Shown here: in pieces, positions 26,225-30,293 of the stretch
Layout: each line of letters starts with the position of its first letter
Position numbering within the stretch: the stretch's first letter is position 1
IMG/VR virus record: IMGVR_UViG_3300042195_000142
Location: 1 to 30,293 of that record
Strand: one strand, 5' to 3'
DNA from: a virus
Taxonomy: Duplodnaviria > Caudoviricetes
DNA length: 30,293 nt
Program-made: the position numbers and the translations under genes
The notes under the pieces: model-generated
What the model was told of the DNA's origin: nothing
What the model saw: the letters and a program-made list of their open reading frames with translations, nothing else
Database searches by the model: none

Positions 26225-27784
26225 GTGAACGAATACAGCCACTTCAAAGCCGCTCGGCACTGGCCGGTCATCGACGCCATCCGCGCCGGCAACCATCACG
26301 CCCCGGTCCACGTCCAGATCATCCTGTCAGACCTCTGTAACCAGGATTGCGTCGAGGCCGGCACCAAGGTAGACTGCCCAGGCGGCCAACGACCGATCGA
26401 AGACCTTGCCGTCGGCGACACCGTGATCGGTCCTGACGGCAACCTGGTCGAGATCACACGGTTCGGGTCACGACATGCCGACGAACTCTACGAGATCCAC
26501 GCTGGCGGTGAAGTGCTCAGATGCACGGGCGAGCACCCGATCCTCACCGCAAACGGCTGGGTGGACGCCCGACACCTGCGCGCCGGCAGGGACGCGGCCG
26601 TGGTGCGTGTGCTACACGACACGTGGATGGATGTGCCTGGTGGTCTTCTGCCACAACGACCACAGGAAGCGTCTGCCGCGCCAGCTCGTTCCAGTCCTTA
26701 TAGACTTCTGCTCGAAGGGATCGAACTGGAGCGGGATCTGGCACTCTGCCCGATTGACACGGTTCGACTGATCCGTGGCCGCGTGCTCGTATACAACTTC
26801 GCATGCCCGCCTATCGAAGCCTACCTCGCCGGCAATTTCGTGGTCCATAATTGTAGTTTCTGCTCGTACCGCGTCTCCGGCAATCCGAGCAATGCGCTCT
26901 TTAAAGAAGGCGACAACAACAACCCCGCGCGCTTCATCCGGACAGACAAGGCGCTCGAGATCCTGAACGACTGCAAGACGATGGGCGTCAAGGCGATCCA
27001 GTTTACGGGCGGGGGCGAGCCGACGGTGCACCGGGACTTCGACAAGCTGTTCAACTACGCCCTGTCTCTCGGATTGCACGTCGCTCTGGTGACCAACGGC
27101 GTGAAGATCAACCCCGATGCGATCGGTGGTGCAGCATGGGTGCGGGTGAGCTTGGACGCCGGGACGGAGGAGACCTACAGGAGCTTGCGTAGGGCGCCGC
27201 GCGGCGTCTTCGAGAAGGTGCTGCTCCACGTGCGCCAACTGGCGACTCTCAAGCGCGTGGCGCTCGGCATCGGCTTTGTCGTCACCCGTGAGAACCACCA
27301 CGAGGTCGGGCAAGCGATCGACCTTGCCGAGGACATCGGCGCCGACAACATCCGCATCTCGGCGGCGTTCCTCCCTGAAGGCGCCGCCTACCACGAGCCA
27401 CACCGTGCCGCCGTGTTAGAGAAGCTCATCGAGGCGCGCTGTAAAAGCCGCCGAGCGGACTTCCAGATCATCGACCGGTTCAGCGATCGCATCGACGACC
27501 TCGAGACCGGACACCCGACGCAGTCGTTGTGCGGATACCAGCACTTCACGACATACATCGGCGCCGACTTGAACCTCTACCGCTGCTGCAACTACGCCTA
27601 CAACCCCCACGGCCTGATCGGGTCGTTGCGCGGCACCAGGCTTCCCGACGCATGGGAGGACGCGGTGCGGTCGTTTAGACGCTTCGACGCCAAGACCTGC
27701 GGCCGTTGCCAGTTCAACGGCATCAACCGGTTCATCGACTACGCCGCTCAACCCGGCGTGCAGACCCACGAGGACTTCGTGTGA
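26225..27784 (+). CDS. Radical SAM / SPASM-twitch protein interrupted by an intein
   Basis: After removing the intein the motif reads LCNQDCSFC (CxxxCxxC). Also FTGGGEPTVH, LVTNG, WVRVSLDAG and C-terminal C...IGADLNLYRCC...IGSL...CGRC. Spliced product would be 351 aa. Confidence 0.92.
   Translation: MNEYSHFKAARHWPVIDAIRAGNHHAPVHVQIILSDLCNQDCVEAGTKVDCPGGQRPIEDLAVGDTVIGPDGNLVEITRFGSRHADELYEIHAGGEVLRCTGEHPILTANGWVDARHLRAGRDAAVVRVLHDTWMDVPGGLLPQRPQEASAAPARSSPYRLLLEGIELERDLALCPIDTVRLIRGRVLVYNFACPPIEAYLAGNFVVHNCSFCSYRVSGNPSNALFKEGDNNNPARFIRTDKALEILNDCKTMGVKAIQFTGGGEPTVHRDFDKLFNYALSLGLHVALVTNGVKINPDAIGGAAWVRVSLDAGTEETYRSLRRAPRGVFEKVLLHVRQLATLKRVALGIGFVVTRENHHEVGQAIDLAEDIGADNIRISAAFLPEGAAYHEPHRAAVLEKLIEARCKSRRADFQIIDRFSDRIDDLETGHPTQSLCGYQHFTTYIGADLNLYRCCNYAYNPHGLIGSLRGTRLPDAWEDAVRSFRRFDAKTCGRCQFNGINRFIDYAAQPGVQTHEDFV
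26348..26851 (+). mobile_element. Mini-intein, 168 aa, no in-frame homing endonuclease
   Basis: Block A CVEAGTKV...RPIEDLAVGDTV, block B LRCTGEHPILT (TxxH), block F VYNF...YLAG, block G VVHN followed by Cys+1. Confidence 0.93.
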
Positions 27785-28323
27785 TCTTGAAGAACGAGCT
27801 CACGCGCCACGTCGAGCAGCTCCCAATCAGCCGCACGCGCGACGTCATCGACATCGGGTGCGGAATCCGACCATGCCATCCGTGGCGCAATCCGGGTGAG
27901 GCTTCCAGGTACATCGGCGTCGAGCCCCACGGCGAATACGTCAACCTCATGCGAGCCCACGGCTACGAGATCGTCCACAGCGACGCCGTCCACCTGCTCG
28001 AGACACGGGCGTTCATCGCAGGCGTCACAGTCCTCGCGCTCGACGTGATCGAGCACATGACGCGACACCAAGGCCTCCGCTTCCTCGACCTCCTCGACCG
28101 CCCGCCCAACGACGTGACCCAGGTCGTCCTCTTCACGCCTAACGGGTTCCGCCAGCAGGAACAGATCGACAACGAGCCCGATCCATGGGGATTGAACGGG
28201 TGGGAGTGGCAGACGCACCGATCCGGGTGGACGGCCGACGACTTCACCAAGCGAGGATACACCGTGCGCACCCACGGGCCGGACGCCGAGTCGCTCTTCG
28301 CCTTCCGCGGCGCAACCGTATGA
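27781..28323 (+). CDS. Class I SAM-dependent methyltransferase
   Basis: GTGA-coupled start. Motif I VIDIGCG, YIGVE, LALDVIEHM, VVLFTPNGF and HRSGWT..DF. Confidence 0.85.
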   Translation: MILKNELTRHVEQLPISRTRDVIDIGCGIRPCHPWRNPGEASRYIGVEPHGEYVNLMRAHGYEIVHSDAVHLLETRAFIAGVTVLALDVIEHMTRHQGLRFLDLLDRPPNDVTQVVLFTPNGFRQQEQIDNEPDPWGLNGWEWQTHRSGWTADDFTKRGYTVRTHGPDAESLFAFRGATV

Positions 28324-28511
28324 CCACCCGGTCAATGCAGCGCGCAGCCGACGAGAGACTCTTGCGCCGCTACCGCGCCATGATCTTCAAGCGCTACGGC
28401 AAGACCGTCTTCATGCGCGACCTGCGCCGCCGACTGCGATCCTTGCACCCCAACGACCTTCCCGAGGCCAGACGCCTCATGGACCAGGAGTGTGGCGACA
28501 ACACCCCATGA
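28320..28511 (+). CDS. Small basic hypothetical protein (63 aa)
   Basis: ATGA overlaps at both ends. Confidence 0.5.
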   Translation: MTTRSMQRAADERLLRRYRAMIFKRYGKTVFMRDLRRRLRSLHPNDLPEARRLMDQECGDNTP

Positions 28512-29422
28512 ACATCCTCCACGTCGGATGGTTCGACCCCGCAGGCGCCGCCGGACACATGCGCAGCCACCTCGGACCAGATCGGTGCAAGATCGCCGTC
28601 GCATTCAACACCCACGTCGCCACAGATGCCGACCTCTTCATCAAGAACACACGCTCCCTCGACGAGGTCGCCATGTGGGCCGACCACATCGTCTGGCATG
28701 TCGCCGTCTACCACGCCACTACGGCCAAGTTCGCCAACTCCACCGAGCCCGTCACAGTCGACATCACCGACGCGTTCAAACACCTCGCCCACCCCGATCG
28801 CTCCTCCATCTTCTTCGACGGATCGACCTCGCTGCGAGCGAACTTCCCCTTCTACCTCGACAAGTACAAGGACTTCCGGCACCTCTGCTCCACTCCCGAT
28901 CTCTGTGAGCCTCTCCACGCGCTGTGGACACCGCCTCTCATCCACCCTGACGCCGATCAGGCACGCTTAACCCTCGACCCCCTACCCACCTTCTGCATCT
29001 TCCACGCCCCGACAGACCCATCCGTCAAGAACACCTCCGAACTCGTCACCGCCGCTTCCAGATCGAGCACCGCCGTCGTCTCCACATCCATGATGCACAA
29101 CCCGACACTCCTTCTCCTCATGAGCAAGTGCCACGCCGTCTTCGACCACATGCAAGGATACTTCGGACTCACCTCACAGGAAGCATCCGCCATCGGACTA
29201 CCCGTCATCGTCAACTCACAACCCACGCACCTTCACTTCTCAACACCGCCACCATGGATCCAGGCCCACGACACCGACTCCCTCACCTTGGCCTTCAGAG
29301 CGCTCCGCGACACCAAACTCCGACTCGACAACGCCCGAGCCACCCGAGCCTGGTACCGCGACCACTTCTCCAACGACAACAAGCTCGCCACCTTCCTCAA
29401 CGCCATCTCAAACAACGCATGA
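28508..29422 (+). CDS. GT-B fold (GT4-like) glycosyltransferase
   Basis: MNILHVGWFDPAG start. Motifs IFHAPTDPSVKNT and CHAVFDHMQGYFGLTSQEASAIGLPVI (GT4-like EA.A.G.PVI). Confidence 0.78.
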   Translation: MNILHVGWFDPAGAAGHMRSHLGPDRCKIAVAFNTHVATDADLFIKNTRSLDEVAMWADHIVWHVAVYHATTAKFANSTEPVTVDITDAFKHLAHPDRSSIFFDGSTSLRANFPFYLDKYKDFRHLCSTPDLCEPLHALWTPPLIHPDADQARLTLDPLPTFCIFHAPTDPSVKNTSELVTAASRSSTAVVSTSMMHNPTLLLLMSKCHAVFDHMQGYFGLTSQEASAIGLPVIVNSQPTHLHFSTPPPWIQAHDTDSLTLAFRALRDTKLRLDNARATRAWYRDHFSNDNKLATFLNAISNNA

Positions 29423-29638
29423 ACTATCGTCACTCTTGACAAGATGGGGAGGGGGGAGGTAGGAGGGGGGACGGGGGGTAGATGGAGCGGGGTAAGGCGG
29501 AGGAGCCTCAGCGCCGACAGCCCAGCGGCGCTACAAGCTGGGGGCGGTGCGGTCGGGCTGAAGTCTACACACTCTCCTCCCCCACCGTCTCCGAGATACC
29601 TTCTTCCACTCGACGCTCCGCTGACCTCCACCCACCAC

Positions 29639-29688
29639 CCCAGTCACGCGCGCGAGACTGCGGGAACGGCAACGCCGTCCACACCTTC
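29639..29688 (+). repeat. 50-bp exact direct repeat, copy 2 (intergenic)
   Basis: Identical to 4168-4217; the flanks are unrelated. Confidence 0.97.
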
Positions 29689-29925
29689 ACACCCCAGGCC
29701 CCCAAGAGCAACACACCTTGAGGGAGGGAAAGATCAACAGTCGCGAAGAGCGACACACCATGCCGGCGGGTACGATCACCAAGTACTTCATGACGAAGGG
29801 ACCCGAGGCGCTCCCCCCCCAGGCCCCCCGGCACCCCCTACCGGTTGTGGTCGCGCCGCCGAGGAGGGTGGCGGCGGCTGCGTCGGGAACGGTGCGATCG
29901 GACGCAACCTGTTGCCCCGACTTCG

Positions 29926-29955
29926 GTTACGCAGTCTGCCAGCGAGTTACGCAGT
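29926..29955 (+). repeat. GTTACGCAGT direct repeat x2, 20-bp period
   Basis: Copies at 29926-29935 and 29946-29955, abutting the dif-like site. Confidence 0.8.
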
Positions 29956-29982
29956 TTCCACATAAGGGGGGTTATCGGACGC
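29955..29982 (-). other. dif-like XerC/XerD recombination site
   Basis: Minus strand reads GCGTCCGATAA-CCCCCC-TTATGTGGAAA: 11-6-11 layout with ATAA-N6-TTATG core, as in E. coli dif GGTGCGCATAA-TGTATA-TTATGTTAAAT. Confidence 0.6.
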
Positions 29983-30250
29983 CAGGGCCGCCTGGGGGGG
30001 TGGCCGGGGTAGGAGGGGCGACGGTGGCACGGAGGGAACCTCGGCGTGGCGTGGTCACGGGTGCGGTGATGGGTGGTCGTGGCGCCATGGACGATCAGCC
30101 AGGGTCGTGGTGCTCGAGGGCATCGTGCACGCGATCGACTAGGTGCGCCTGGCTCGCTGGCTCGATCATCGACGACGCCGACCACCGGTCGGCCTGGGGT
30201 GGAGGGGTGCGTCCTTCGCGGGCCGCGCGTCCCGCCGGTTTGTGTGCGCA

Positions 30251-30288
30251 TGCGGCGTTTTGCCGCAGCGGTGCGGCGATTTGCCGCA
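30251..30288. promoter_or_regulatory. Two tandem 17-bp palindromes TGCGGCG(T/A)TTTGCCGCA, operator-like
   Basis: Copies at 30251-30267 and 30272-30288, 21-bp period, one difference. Confidence 0.6.
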
Positions 30289-30293
30289 GTGAC

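Noticed and set aside
24842-26311. 489-aa minus-strand ORF
   Set aside because: Antisense shadow of the two well-supported glycosyltransferase genes.
29446-29453. KOPS-like GGGNAGGG pointing toward the dif-like site
   Set aside because: It is a single occurrence within a G-rich tract and not significant.
29436-29465. TTGACA as a full promoter
   Set aside because: The -35 is perfect, but the best -10 (TAGGAG at 18 bp) is poor. Kept only as a possibility.
4168-29688. 50-bp repeat pair as a diversity-generating retroelement TR/VR
   Set aside because: The copies are identical with no adenine-specific mismatches, the gene copy is mid-gene, and no reverse transcriptase is present in the window.
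29565-29834. Minus-strand 89-aa ORF containing KVWTALPFPQSRARDW
   Set aside because: It is explained by the DNA duplication; the start, RBS and remaining sequence are unconvincing.
30112-30125. 14-bp inverted match to 310-323, and several 10-11-bp matches between the terminal region and genes
   Set aside because: These lengths are expected by chance in a 30-kb GC-rich sequence.
29430-30293. CRISPR or mini-array with the 50-bp segment as a spacer
   Set aside because: No repeated 25-40-bp unit flanks it. The other repeats are only 10-17 bp and irregularly placed.
29760-30293. ORF starting MPAGTITKYFMTKG (faintly cold-shock-like) and open to the window end
   Set aside because: Similarity stops after 14 aa with no GFGFI motif. 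The rest is low-complexity and runs through the dif-like site and palindromes.

Overview
GC-rich tailed-phage (or prophage) segment with podovirus-like gene order. The minus strand (~24480 to 200) is one long, mostly translationally coupled late operon. It runs: hypothetical, candidate TerS, small protein, TerL, portal, two small ORFs, scaffold, major capsid, cement, hypothetical, head-tail adaptor, 1236-aa nozzle with inserted LamG-like domains, tail fibre, GNAT-fold protein, four Cys-free internal/ejection proteins (up to 1455 aa), small membrane proteins, two lipoproteins and a sigma-factor-like protein. A sigma70-type promoter at ~24507 drives a divergent plus-strand operon: AlpA-like HTH, two GT-A glycosyltransferases, a radical SAM/SPASM enzyme whose CxxxCxxC motif is split by a 168-aa mini-intein, a class I methyltransferase, a small ORF and a GT-B glycosyltransferase. 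The last ~870 bp look non-coding and hold an exact 50-bp copy of an internal piece of the giant ejection-protein gene, a dif-like XerC/D site, G-quadruplex-type tracts and tandem operator-like palindromes. All product calls come from motif recognition and gene order by eye; no database searches were run.
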